Shown here: positions 16,813-25,732 of the stretch, one piece after another | How positions within the stretch are numbered: the first letter of the stretch is position 1 | How the letters are laid out: the number at the start of each line of letters is the position of its first letter | From: Acidimicrobiaceae bacterium | GTDB lineage: Bacteria; Actinomycetota; Acidimicrobiia; Acidimicrobiales; Bog-793 | Length of the DNA stretch: 61,514 nt | Direction of reading: 5' to 3' | Assembly: GCA_003139355.1 (NCBI GenBank) | Contig: PLIM01000101.1 | Location: 1-61,514 of the forward strand | The notes under the pieces: model-generated | Databases searched by the model: none | The model's input: the letters and a program-made list of their open reading frames with translations, nothing else | Told to the model about the DNA's origin: nothing | Position numbers and translations under genes: made by a program

Positions 16813-18087
16813 GTGCCCGATCTGGTGGCGATCCTTGCCGAGCCCAACCGGCGGCGACTCCTCGAGTTGCTGTCGGCAGGCGAGCAGCCGGTGAGCCGGC
16901 TCGCAACTCAGTTCGGAGTCACGCGATCGGCCATTTCGCAGCATCTGGGGGTGTTGTCCGATGCGGGGCTGGTACAAGCTCGCCAAGAGGGCCGGTTCCG
17001 CTACTACCGGCTCGATCCGGAGGGAATGGCCGCGCTGCACGACGCACTCGACGTGTTCTGGACCCACGAGCTCGAGCAGCTTGCCGCTGCCCGCCCACCT
17101 GAAAGAGGAGATGACAGCATGACCGCAGAGAAGTCCGTGCTGGTGCCACTGGACCCAGAGGCGACCTTCGCTCTCTTGACCGAGCCGGAACGCCTGCGAC
17201 GGTGGCAAGCGGTCACGGCCCGCGTCGAGTTGCGGGCAGGTGGCCAATACCGGTGGACGATCAATCCCGGGCACACCGCGTCCGGCACGATCACCGAAGT
17301 CGAGGCCGGCAAGCGGATCGTGTTCACCTGGGGCTGGGAGGATTCCGACGACCTGGCACCGGGCGCCTCGACGGTGACGATCACTCTCGAACCGGCAGAG
17401 GGTGGGACAAACGTGCGCCTGGTCCACAGTGGCCTGACGCCCGAGCAGGCTGCCGGCCACCTCGAAGGCTGGAACCACTACGGTGAGCGCCTCGTCGCAG
17501 CAGCGGAGCGCGGCGACGCGGGTGCCGACGAATGGGCCGCGTCAGAACCGGGTGACCCTCTCACAGCGGCGGAGGCCTCACTCGCCGTCTGCCAGGCCGT
17601 TCTCCGCGGGCTCAGGCCCGAGCATGGGAGCGCTCAAACGCCGTGCGCCAAGTTTACCGTCGATGATCTCGTGGAGCACTTGGTCGGGTCGCTCCGCTTC
17701 CTCGGCGCGGCCGGCGGCGCGACCATGCCGGACTCGGAGACCGGACCCGCCGAAGTCCGGGTCGCAGATGCCGCTCAAGCGACGCTCGAGGCGTGGCGCA
17801 AGCGGGGCCTGGACGGCACCGTCAATCTCGGCCGATCCGAGATGCCGGCCGCGGCCGTGGCCGACATCCTCTGTATGGAGTTCCTCGTGCATGCCTGGGA
17901 CTTCGCCCAGGCCACAGCCCAGGCTGTGGCAGTCGACGACAGGCTGAGCGGTTATGTCCTCGAACGCGGGCGTTCGTTGATCGCGCCGCAGATGCGCGAC
18001 GGTGACAGTTTCGCAGCCGAGCTCGAAGCCGGACCGGAGGCCGATAACCTGGCCCGCCTCGTGGCCTTCACCGGACGCGAAGCCTGA
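16813..18087 (+). CDS. three-domain fusion: ArsR-type wHTH + SRPBCC/AHSA1-like domain + DinB/mycothiol-type (TIGR03086-like) domain
   Basis: N-terminal LAEPNRRRLLELLSAGEQPVSRLATQFGVTRSAISQHLGVL. Middle domain LTEPERLRRWQ..GGQYRW..TITEVEAGKRIVFTWGWE. C-terminal FTVDDLVEHLVGS..CMEFLVHAWDFAQAT. Confidence 0.8.
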   Translation: MPDLVAILAEPNRRRLLELLSAGEQPVSRLATQFGVTRSAISQHLGVLSDAGLVQARQEGRFRYYRLDPEGMAALHDALDVFWTHELEQLAAARPPERGDDSMTAEKSVLVPLDPEATFALLTEPERLRRWQAVTARVELRAGGQYRWTINPGHTASGTITEVEAGKRIVFTWGWEDSDDLAPGASTVTITLEPAEGGTNVRLVHSGLTPEQAAGHLEGWNHYGERLVAAAERGDAGADEWAASEPGDPLTAAEASLAVCQAVLRGLRPEHGSAQTPCAKFTVDDLVEHLVGSLRFLGAAGGATMPDSETGPAEVRVADAAQATLEAWRKRGLDGTVNLGRSEMPAAAVADILCMEFLVHAWDFAQATAQAVAVDDRLSGYVLERGRSLIAPQMRDGDSFAAELEAGPEADNLARLVAFTGREA

Positions 18088-18129
18088 CTGCGCCGCTCAC
18101 GACACAGATTCTTCCTCCCGGACGCAACA

Positions 18130-18148
18130 GGCTCCGTGTCCCGGAGCC
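18130..18148 (+). terminator. stem-loop GGCTCCG-tgtcc-CGGAGCC
   Basis: A 7-bp GC-rich stem 43 nt after the stop at 18087. There is no U tract. Confidence 0.35.
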
Positions 18149-18173
18149 CCGAAGAGTCGGGAAAGAGACCTCG

Positions 18174-18956
18174 ATGCCCAAACGAACCGCTTACGCACAA
18201 GGCACCCCCAGCTGGGTGGACCTCCAGACGACCGATACGGATGCCGCGAAGTCCTTCTACGGTGGACTGTTCGGTTGGCAGTTCGACGACCAGCCCATGC
18301 CCGGGGGACCCCCCTATTCGATGGCACTGAAAGATGGCGAAGTCGTGGCCGGCCTGTATCTGCAGTCACCCGACATGTCCGCCCGGGGCGTCCCGCCGAT
18401 GTGGAACACCTACCTCGCAGTCGATGACGCCGACGCCGCCACCGAGGCCGTGCAGGGCGCGGGCGGGCAGGTCCTGGTGCCGCCGTCCGACGTCATGGAC
18501 GCCGGGCGGATGTCATTGGTGGCCGACCCGACCGGGGCTTCCTTCGGCCTCTGGCAGGCAAGACGGCACATCGGCGCGTCGCTCGTGAACGAGCCGGGCA
18601 CGCTCATCTGGAACGAGCTCCTGACCGACGACGGCGAGGCTGCTTGTGCCTTCTATGGCGAGGTCCTCGGACTCACCTCCGAGCTGAGCGACATGGGGGG
18701 AAGTCCCTACATATTGTTCAAGGTCGGCGACGACATGGTCGCGGGCTCGATGCCACCGCCGATGGAGGGTATCCCGAACCACTGGCACGTCTACTTCGCT
18801 GTTGAGGACATCGACGCGGCGCTCGCCAAGGCACGCGATCTCGGGGCCAACGTGGTCAACGGTCCGATGCCGACCCCGATCGGCCCGATGGCGACGCTGA
18901 GCGACCCACAAGGTGCCATGTTCAGCCTTTTCGCGCCTAGCGGACAAGCTGAGTAG
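18174..18956 (+). CDS. VOC (glyoxalase/bleomycin-resistance/dioxygenase) family protein, two tandem modules
   Basis: Duplicated module starts GTPSWVDLQTTDTDAAKSFYGGLFGW and GTLIWNELLTDDGEAACAFYGEVLGL. Confidence 0.85.
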   Translation: MPKRTAYAQGTPSWVDLQTTDTDAAKSFYGGLFGWQFDDQPMPGGPPYSMALKDGEVVAGLYLQSPDMSARGVPPMWNTYLAVDDADAATEAVQGAGGQVLVPPSDVMDAGRMSLVADPTGASFGLWQARRHIGASLVNEPGTLIWNELLTDDGEAACAFYGEVLGLTSELSDMGGSPYILFKVGDDMVAGSMPPPMEGIPNHWHVYFAVEDIDAALAKARDLGANVVNGPMPTPIGPMATLSDPQGAMFSLFAPSGQAE

Positions 18957-19017
18957 CCCGCCGCGACATCGTAGAGCGTGATCGGGACTGGGATCGAAAC
19001 GACGACGGGAGCGAGCA

Positions 19018-19638
19018 ATGAGCGATGACTGGCCAAAGATCCAGGTCGAACGCGAGGCATGCGGCGACTTGTTCGAGTCGCTGACGCCCGAGCAATGGGC
19101 GAGCCCCTCGTGGTGCGAGGGCTGGAACGTGCTCGAGGTCGCTGGGCACCTGATCGCGGCGACCCAGCTGTCGCTTGCATCGTTCTTCGGCCACCTTGTC
19201 AAAGCGGGCTTCAGCTTCAACAGGATGGTCGACGCCGATGCCAAGCGGTGCAGCTCGGGTGACCCTTCCAGCCTCGCTGCCCAGATGCGGTCCGGGGCGC
19301 TGCGGCGAAACCATCCCCCGGGGCCGGTGACGGCGATGCTCGGGGAAGCCGTGGTCCACGGCGAGGACATGCGTCGGCCACTCGGCATCAACCGCGATGT
19401 CCCGGAGGAGACGCTCGTCACGGTCGCGGACTTCTACAAGAGCTCGAGTCTCCTCATCGGCGCGAAACGACGCATTTCCGGCCTCCATCTCGAGGCCACT
19501 GACGCCGCGTGGGCCAACGGCGACGGGCCCGAGGTGACCGGGAACCTGGTCTCGCTGATCCTGGCGATGACCGGCCGCCGGCAGGCGTACGCGGAGCTCT
19601 CGGGCGAAGGGGTGGCGACCCTGGCGGCACGCCCGTAG
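19018..19638 (+). CDS. maleylpyruvate isomerase-family mycothiol-dependent (DinB-fold) protein
   Basis: N-terminal signature LTPEQWASPSWCEGWNVLEVAGHL. 206 aa. Confidence 0.8.
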   Translation: MSDDWPKIQVEREACGDLFESLTPEQWASPSWCEGWNVLEVAGHLIAATQLSLASFFGHLVKAGFSFNRMVDADAKRCSSGDPSSLAAQMRSGALRRNHPPGPVTAMLGEAVVHGEDMRRPLGINRDVPEETLVTVADFYKSSSLLIGAKRRISGLHLEATDAAWANGDGPEVTGNLVSLILAMTGRRQAYAELSGEGVATLAARP

Positions 19639-19836
19639 GCACCGGGCCGGCGCTGGCGGCGATGACCGTCTCGAGCTCTTCAGGAACACCGAAGTGATCC
19701 CGGGAGCCCGGGTGGCGACGCTCGAGCCGGGACGCTCCAGGATGAGTCGTGAGAAACTCGAGCAGGCCACCGCCGATCCGCCCGGTCGTCGGCGATGCAA
19801 GGCACCCTGACAACCGGGCCGAGCAAAGGAGACGAC

Positions 19837-20688
19837 ATGCCCCTCTTCGGAAAGTCTGCGGACACCGGAGGCTCCAGTTGGGAACCGGAGGCCGCGGGAG
19901 GCCGGTTGGCCCATACCTTCGGCGCGGACCCGGCCGGAGTGTTCACTTCCGACCTGTCCGTCTCGGAGTACGTGCTGCTCGGGGAGGCGGGTTTCGAGCC
20001 TTTGGGTTTCGTGGTCGGGTCGTCGATCTACCACATCGGCCTTCAGATCGGGAAGTGGTCCGAGAACCAGGAGCTCCAGGTGCTCACACAGGCCATGTAC
20101 AACGCCCGCGAGCTCGCCATGACCCGCATGCAGGCCGAAGCCGAGCACCTCGGCGCGGACGGGACAGTGGGTGTCCAGCTGCGGATGCAGGCCTACGTGT
20201 GGGGCCAGGACGTCCTCGAGTTCATCGCGACGGGAACCGCCGTCAAGGCCACCGGCAGTTCCTCTGGGGCACACCGCGCTCCGGACGGCAGGGCATTCAC
20301 ATCCGATCTGTCGGTTCAGGACTTCTTCCGCCTGCTGGCCGCCGGAGCAGTCCCGGTGGCATTCGTCCTCGGCACCTGCGTGTACCACATCGCCCATCAG
20401 TCGGCCTTCCAGGCGCTGCGCCAGACCGGTCAGAACCAGGAGATGACGACGTTCACCCAGGGCATCTACGAGGCCAGGGAGCTCGCCCTCTCCCGGATGC
20501 AGGCCGAGGCTGCCGAGGCGCGAGCCTCAGGCATAGTTGGTGTCACCGTTGGGGTCTTCAACCACGTCTGGGGCGAGCACGCCACCGAGTTCCTCGCCAC
20601 CGGTACGGCGATCCGCCAGCTCGGCGACGAGCACCGGCTCGCGGACACCTCCCCGAAGCCGACGTTCACTCTCGGACTGGACCTCTGA
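19837..20688 (+). CDS. tandem YbjQ/UPF0145 (putative heavy-metal-binding) domain protein
   Basis: Two homologous halves (FTSDLSVSEYVLL..GVQLRM and FTSDLSVQDFFRL..GVTVGV). The start is set at ATG 19837, preceded by AAAGGAG. Confidence 0.75.
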   Translation: MPLFGKSADTGGSSWEPEAAGGRLAHTFGADPAGVFTSDLSVSEYVLLGEAGFEPLGFVVGSSIYHIGLQIGKWSENQELQVLTQAMYNARELAMTRMQAEAEHLGADGTVGVQLRMQAYVWGQDVLEFIATGTAVKATGSSSGAHRAPDGRAFTSDLSVQDFFRLLAAGAVPVAFVLGTCVYHIAHQSAFQALRQTGQNQEMTTFTQGIYEARELALSRMQAEAAEARASGIVGVTVGVFNHVWGEHATEFLATGTAIRQLGDEHRLADTSPKPTFTLGLDL

Positions 20689-20940
20689 GCGCGATCGCCG
20701 CACACTGCCGGTGTCGCGCGCTGTTCAGCGTGATCCCGGTCATCGTGACACTTGCCATCAGCCTTGGGCTCACGGCCCCGGTGGGACCGTAGCGGCGCTG
20801 ACCGTGAAGGCCCTGCGACCGCCCGAGGGCGGCGCCCGCCGGCACCGTTCGGCCCGCCCTTCGATAGGCTCGGTCACACCGCAGAAGTGCGAGCTCACGA
20901 ATTCTGCGGGCAGTGTGAGGAGGGGGAGATCGAACTTCAG

Positions 20941-22011
20941 ATGGCCGGGAGGCTCGAGTCGATGAAAGCCGTTCCGGTCGGCATCTCATCGCAGCGCCCC
21001 GCGGCGCTCCCGATGCCGACGACCGGTCCGCTCATCGACTCGTTCGGGCGCGTCCACACAGACCTCCGTATCTCGGTAACCGACCGTTGCAACCTCCGTT
21101 GCGTCTACTGCATGCCTGAAGAAGGAGTCGCCTGGGTACCCCGGTCCGAGATCCTCACCTTCGAGGAGATCGAACGGATTGCCCTGGTCGCGTACGGTCT
21201 CGGAGTCGACTCTGTGCGTCTGACCGGGGGCGAGCCGCTCGTGCGGGCCAGTGTGACCGACCTCGTGGCCCGGCTCGGTCGAATCGGGTTCTCCGATCTG
21301 TCCATGACCACGAACGGGTCCGGTCTTGCCCGCCTGGCAGCGAGTCTCGCCGCGGCGGGCCTCAAGCGCGTCAACGTCAGCTGTGACTCTCTGAAGCCGG
21401 AGCGCTTCGCCGAGATCCGCCGTCGGGGTGTGCTCACGACGGTGCTCGAGGCGATGGACGCCGCCGAGCAGGCGGGCCTGACACCGGTGAAGATCAACGT
21501 CGTGGTGATGGCCGGGATCAACGACGACGAAATCGTCGATCTTGCCGCCTTGGCCCGCGACACCGGCCGCGTCGTGCGGTTCATCGAGTTCATGCCCCTG
21601 GACGCCGACGAGACATGGGAACGCTCGAAGGTCGTGCCCGGCGAGGAGATCCTGGCGCGCATCAACGCGGTCTGGCCTCTCGAGCCCGCAAGTGAACGGG
21701 CTCTCGACGCGGCGCCGGCGGATCGCTACCGGTTCGTCGACGGCTACGGCGAGATCGGTGTCATCACGAGCGTGACCCGCGCGTTCTGTGGCTCATGCAA
21801 CCGCCTCCGGCTCACCGCGGACGGGGCCATCCGCAACTGCTTGTTCGCCAATGAGGAGCACCCTGTGCGGGACCTTCTGCGATCGGGCGGCAGCGACGCC
21901 GACCTCGCGCTGCTGGTTCGCCAAGCGGTGTGGGCAAAGCGCGCCGGGCATGGCATCAATGACCCGGCCTTCTTGCGCCCCGCGCGGTCGATGTCGATGA
22001 TTGGCGGCTGA
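20941..22011 (+). CDS. moaA: GTP 3',8-cyclase (molybdenum cofactor biosynthesis protein A)
   Basis: Radical-SAM CNLRCVYCMP motif and C-terminal cluster CGSCNRLRLTADG. The start is uncertain (ATG 20941 or 20962). The longest ORF starts at 20752. Confidence 0.92.
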   Translation: MAGRLESMKAVPVGISSQRPAALPMPTTGPLIDSFGRVHTDLRISVTDRCNLRCVYCMPEEGVAWVPRSEILTFEEIERIALVAYGLGVDSVRLTGGEPLVRASVTDLVARLGRIGFSDLSMTTNGSGLARLAASLAAAGLKRVNVSCDSLKPERFAEIRRRGVLTTVLEAMDAAEQAGLTPVKINVVVMAGINDDEIVDLAALARDTGRVVRFIEFMPLDADETWERSKVVPGEEILARINAVWPLEPASERALDAAPADRYRFVDGYGEIGVITSVTRAFCGSCNRLRLTADGAIRNCLFANEEHPVRDLLRSGGSDADLALLVRQAVWAKRAGHGINDPAFLRPARSMSMIGG

Positions 22012-22181
22012 CTCGCGCCTGCGACGGACCTCTCGGCCCGGTCGTTCGGCTTTGCCTGAAGAGCCGGTGATTCGCGGGCCTCAGCAGGCGATCAAACGCG
22101 AAGAGCAGACGGCAACTCCTCTGTGGGCTCCTGGATGTCGATGCGTAGTTGCTCAAGGGCTGAGCGCATTCAGTACTCCGT

Positions 22182-22928
22182 TCAGTTGGTCGGCCCGAAG
22201 CGCTCGACGCGAATTCGCTTCGCGGGAACCGCCAGGCGGGCGAGCAGCCCGGTGACGTGGTCGGCAAAGCCTGAGGACCCGCAGACATACGCCGTGGCCC
22301 CTGACAGCAGGGCGTTACGAAGGTCCTCCTCTCCGAGATGGCCGGGTGGCCGTGCCCCCAGCGAAGGCGCTTCACGCGTGTACACGACCGTCGTCTCCGG
22401 GCCGGGAAGCTCCTCGGCGTAGCAGAGCTCGTCCGGGCATCGAACCGAGACCACGAGGCGGACGAGGTCGCAACGACCCGATCGCCGCGCCAGGCGCAGC
22501 ATCGCCATGAGCGGCACGATGCCTGATCCCCCGCCGACAAGCAGGGCCGGGGTGTCACCACGCCACACGAACCAGCCCCCAACGGGGCCGCGCACCTCGA
22601 GCTGGTCACCGGGGACGACCACGTCGTGCATATAGGAGGACACCTCCCCGTCCTCGAGTCGCTCGACGGTGAGCTCGATGTACGCCGACTCGTCCGGAGG
22701 TGATGCGACCGAGTAGGACCGCGAGGCGCTATAGCCGTCCGCCGCAGTCAGCCGAACCACGTAGTGCTGCCCGGCGAGGTGCCGCGAGACCTCAGGGAGC
22801 ATGAGGCGAAATGTCTTCGCGCGCTCTGTTTCCTTCGTGACCCGTACGACCGTCGCGCTCTGCCAGCGGCCGGGCGGGGGCGCGTCCGGCTCAGTCACCC
22901 TGGTAGCGCTGCTCGAGCCAGGGGTCAC
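22182..22928 (-). CDS. FNR-like FAD/NAD(P)-binding oxidoreductase (ferredoxin reductase family)
   Basis: RSYSVAS (RxYS flavin motif) and LLVGGGSGIVP (NAD motif). Its 5' end overlaps the stop of the upstream molybdoenzyme gene. An alternative GTG start lies at 22898. Confidence 0.85.
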   Translation of the reverse strand: MTPGSSSATRVTEPDAPPPGRWQSATVVRVTKETERAKTFRLMLPEVSRHLAGQHYVVRLTAADGYSASRSYSVASPPDESAYIELTVERLEDGEVSSYMHDVVVPGDQLEVRGPVGGWFVWRGDTPALLVGGGSGIVPLMAMLRLARRSGRCDLVRLVVSVRCPDELCYAEELPGPETTVVYTREAPSLGARPPGHLGEEDLRNALLSGATAYVCGSSGFADHVTGLLARLAVPAKRIRVERFGPTN

Positions 22929-23517
22929 CGCGGTCGTGATAGCCGTTCACCTCCCAGAAGCCCGGTTCATCGTGGTCCACGAGCCGAAGTCCGGCCACCC
23001 ACTTCACGCTCTTCCAGAAGTACAGGTGTGGCACGAGCAACCGGGCCGGGCCGCCGTGGCCGACCTCGAGCGGGAGCCCCGCGTACTCCCACACCACCCA
23101 TGCCTTGGCGCCGGTGACATCGCCGAGCGGGAGGCTCGCCGTGTATCCGGTGTGCGAGTGGGCGACCACATGACTCGCCGACGGGAGTGGCTCCGCATGG
23201 GCCAACAGGGTGTCGACCGAGACCCCGCCGAAACTCACGCCGAACTTCGACCACGTCGTCACGCAATGGATGCCACCTTCGTAACTTGCGGAGGGCAGGG
23301 CGTGGATCTCGTCCCATGTCCATGTCACCGGCTGTCGGACCAGCCCTTCGACGGCGAAGGCCCACGAGGAAGTCGCAAGGCTCGGCGTCGCTTCGGCCGT
23401 GAGCACCGGCCAGTCCGAACCGATGTCGTACTGGCCCGGCGGCAGCCTGGAGTCGAGTGCTGCACCGCCGCGACCCTTGAACCGCCGTGCGTACTTCACG
23501 AGACCCTGCCCGAGCAC
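22891..23517 (-). CDS. sulfite-oxidase-fold molybdopterin-dependent oxidoreductase (YedY/MsrP-like catalytic domain)
   Basis: LPPGQYD..WPVL, HCVTTWS (candidate Mo-ligand Cys) and GGPARLLVPHLYFWKSVKW. No Tat or Sec signal is visible. Confidence 0.85.
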   Translation of the reverse strand: MLGQGLVKYARRFKGRGGAALDSRLPPGQYDIGSDWPVLTAEATPSLATSSWAFAVEGLVRQPVTWTWDEIHALPSASYEGGIHCVTTWSKFGVSFGGVSVDTLLAHAEPLPSASHVVAHSHTGYTASLPLGDVTGAKAWVVWEYAGLPLEVGHGGPARLLVPHLYFWKSVKWVAGLRLVDHDEPGFWEVNGYHDRGDPWLEQRYQGD

Positions 23518-23770
23518 TCAGGAATCGTGTTCCCCTTTGTCGTTCGCCGGCCCCTTGGCTGTCTGGGGCGCGACCTTGTGGTGTGCAAGTCTCGGCGCCG
23601 GAAGGCGACTCATCAAGTGCACGCGAGCGTCGGAGGTGACCGGCCTTCGCATGGAATCAGGTTCCTCCCGTGAGCAGGTGGCAGACGAGCCATCAGACCT
23701 CCTCGGGCGTGGATGTCATGGTGGCGTCGCCAACCGGAAGCTTGACACGCTGCACGCGCCGGCCGGCAGA

Positions 23771-24364
23771 TCAGCCCGCTGGTAGTCGAGGCCCGAGGTA
23801 GACGAATTCCTCGAGCACGACGTCATCTCCGAATCGGGACGTGACCTGACCAGCTCGAACCCAGCCGCACTTGTCGTACAAGGCGATCGCCGCGTGCTGG
23901 TAGGTCACAACGTCGAGGATCGGCCAGAGTCCTCGCGCGCGGGCGTCCCCGCACGCGAGCTCGAGGAGGGATCGCCCGATTCCGTGTCGTCGGTGTTGGG
24001 AAGACACCAGCAGCCGGGCGATGACGCCCAGACGATCGGGCGGCACCTTCAGCGCCTCGCTCGCCCTGGCGAGGACGGCAGCGGAGCTGTGTGAACGAAG
24101 GGCCACGTGACCGATGATCTCGCCGTCCAGCTCAGTCACCCACGCCGCCAGCGCATCTGGCACCTCGATGAACCTGCGGAGATCATCCGGGAGAGACATC
24201 GGATACCGGTCGAGCTCGTGGGTCATCCGCGCCAGTCGCACACAAGCGTCGAGGTCCGCGTCGACTCTCTCTCGCGTCAGCACCGAGAAACGATCGCACA
24301 GATCAGGCTGGCGCCGGCGGACAACTACGAGGTGGTCAGACCAGGCTTTAGCATCGGAGCCCAT
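23771..24364 (-). CDS. GNAT-family N-acetyltransferase
   Basis: Acetyl-CoA motif A QHRRHGIGRSLLE. The start is uncertain. The longest ORF start overlaps the divergent MFS ATG. Confidence 0.82.
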   Translation of the reverse strand: MGSDAKAWSDHLVVVRRRQPDLCDRFSVLTRERVDADLDACVRLARMTHELDRYPMSLPDDLRRFIEVPDALAAWVTELDGEIIGHVALRSHSSAAVLARASEALKVPPDRLGVIARLLVSSQHRRHGIGRSLLELACGDARARGLWPILDVVTYQHAAIALYDKCGWVRAGQVTSRFGDDVVLEEFVYLGPRLPAG

Positions 24365-25589
24365 GCGCGGGGAGAAGTGGCTGGGCGCCCTTCACGAACG
24401 CAATTTCCGCCTTTACTTCCTCGGCCAGTTGACGTCCGCGATCGGCACCGGCATGACGCCTGTGGCGCTGTCGTTCGCAGTGCTGGCGCTACGCCATGCG
24501 TCTGCGTCCGAAGTCGGCGCAGTGCTGACGGCCCAAACGGTTCCCCTCGTGGTCTTCCTGCTCGTCGGTGGCGTCGTGGGCGACAGGTTCGGCCGGCGGC
24601 GCGTGATGCTCAGTGCCGACGTCCTGCGCGCCTCGGCAGAGACCGCTCTCGGCGCCTGGATCGTCTTCGGCCACCCACCTTTCTGGGGCTTCCTGCTGCT
24701 CCCCGCTCTTGTCGGAACAGGCACGGCGTTCTTCATGCCGGCGCTCACCGGGCTCATTCCCCAGATCGTCTCCGGCGAGCGGCTGACCCAAGCCAACGCG
24801 CTGAACGGGCTGACGTTCTCGATCGGTGCGATCATCGGGCCATCGGTCGCTGGTGTCATCGTCGCGACCGCCAGCCCCGGTTGGGCGATCCTCGCAGACG
24901 CTCTCTCGTACGTCTTGAGCGTCTGCTCGCTCGCAGCTCTTCGCCTCGGGCCGGTCACAGAGGCGACGTCGGACTCCTTCTATGGCCAGCTTCGGCGCGG
25001 GTGGCGCGAGTTCTGGGCGCGAACCTGGCTTTGGGCGATCGTGGCGGCGTTTTCGGTCGCCAACATGGCCATGATGGCGCCGTACCTCGTCCTCGGCGCC
25101 GTGATCTCGAAGGAGTCGCTCGGCGGCGCGACCGCCTGGGGGACGATCCTCGGTGCTGAAGGCGCCGGCGCTGTCCTCGGTGGTGTCGCGATGCTGCGTC
25201 TGCGCTTCAGCCGGCCGCTTGTCGCCGCGGCACTCTCGTTGCTCGTCTGGCCCTATCCCCTTCTCTCGCTTGCCTACCGCGCGCCGGTGCCCGTCATCGT
25301 GATCGGCTCGTTCCTAGGTGGGGCGGCCTTCGCGATCTTCGACACGCAGTGGCAAACGACGATGCAACGGGAGGTCCCCAGAGAGGTGCTGTCACGTGTG
25401 AGTGCCTACGACTGGTTCGGCTCGCTCGTCTTGCTGCCGCTCGGCTATGCGATCGTCGGGCCGGTCGCGTCCGTTCTCGGGATCCACGCGGTCTTCATCA
25501 TCGGGAGCGCCTACTTGCTCGTGGCGGTGGCGGTCATCCTCTTCATCCCGTCGGTGCGACAGATGCGCGCGGGCACCGGCGCGACCTAG
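24363..25589 (+). CDS. MFS transporter
   Basis: About 12 predicted TM segments. N-terminus MRGEKWLGALHERNFRLYFLGQ is typical of actinobacterial MFS exporters. The start is set at ATG 24363. Confidence 0.85.
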   Translation: MRGEKWLGALHERNFRLYFLGQLTSAIGTGMTPVALSFAVLALRHASASEVGAVLTAQTVPLVVFLLVGGVVGDRFGRRRVMLSADVLRASAETALGAWIVFGHPPFWGFLLLPALVGTGTAFFMPALTGLIPQIVSGERLTQANALNGLTFSIGAIIGPSVAGVIVATASPGWAILADALSYVLSVCSLAALRLGPVTEATSDSFYGQLRRGWREFWARTWLWAIVAAFSVANMAMMAPYLVLGAVISKESLGGATAWGTILGAEGAGAVLGGVAMLRLRFSRPLVAAALSLLVWPYPLLSLAYRAPVPVIVIGSFLGGAAFAIFDTQWQTTMQREVPREVLSRVSAYDWFGSLVLLPLGYAIVGPVASVLGIHAVFIIGSAYLLVAVAVILFIPSVRQMRAGTGAT

Positions 25590-25732
25590 AGCCTCGAACT
25601 TCGGACCGGGCCTCGCTGGACCTCGCCGGCGACGTTGTCGGACACGGCGCCGCGTGAGGTGACCCGGTTGGCCGAGCTTCACAGGATTCTCTCAGACGCG
25701 GCGGCTCTACTGGTGCCACAAGTCACGTCACG

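Noticed and set aside
18937-20397. 486-aa minus-strand ORF
   Set aside because: It is antisense to the MDMPI-family and YbjQ genes and has a shadow-frame composition.
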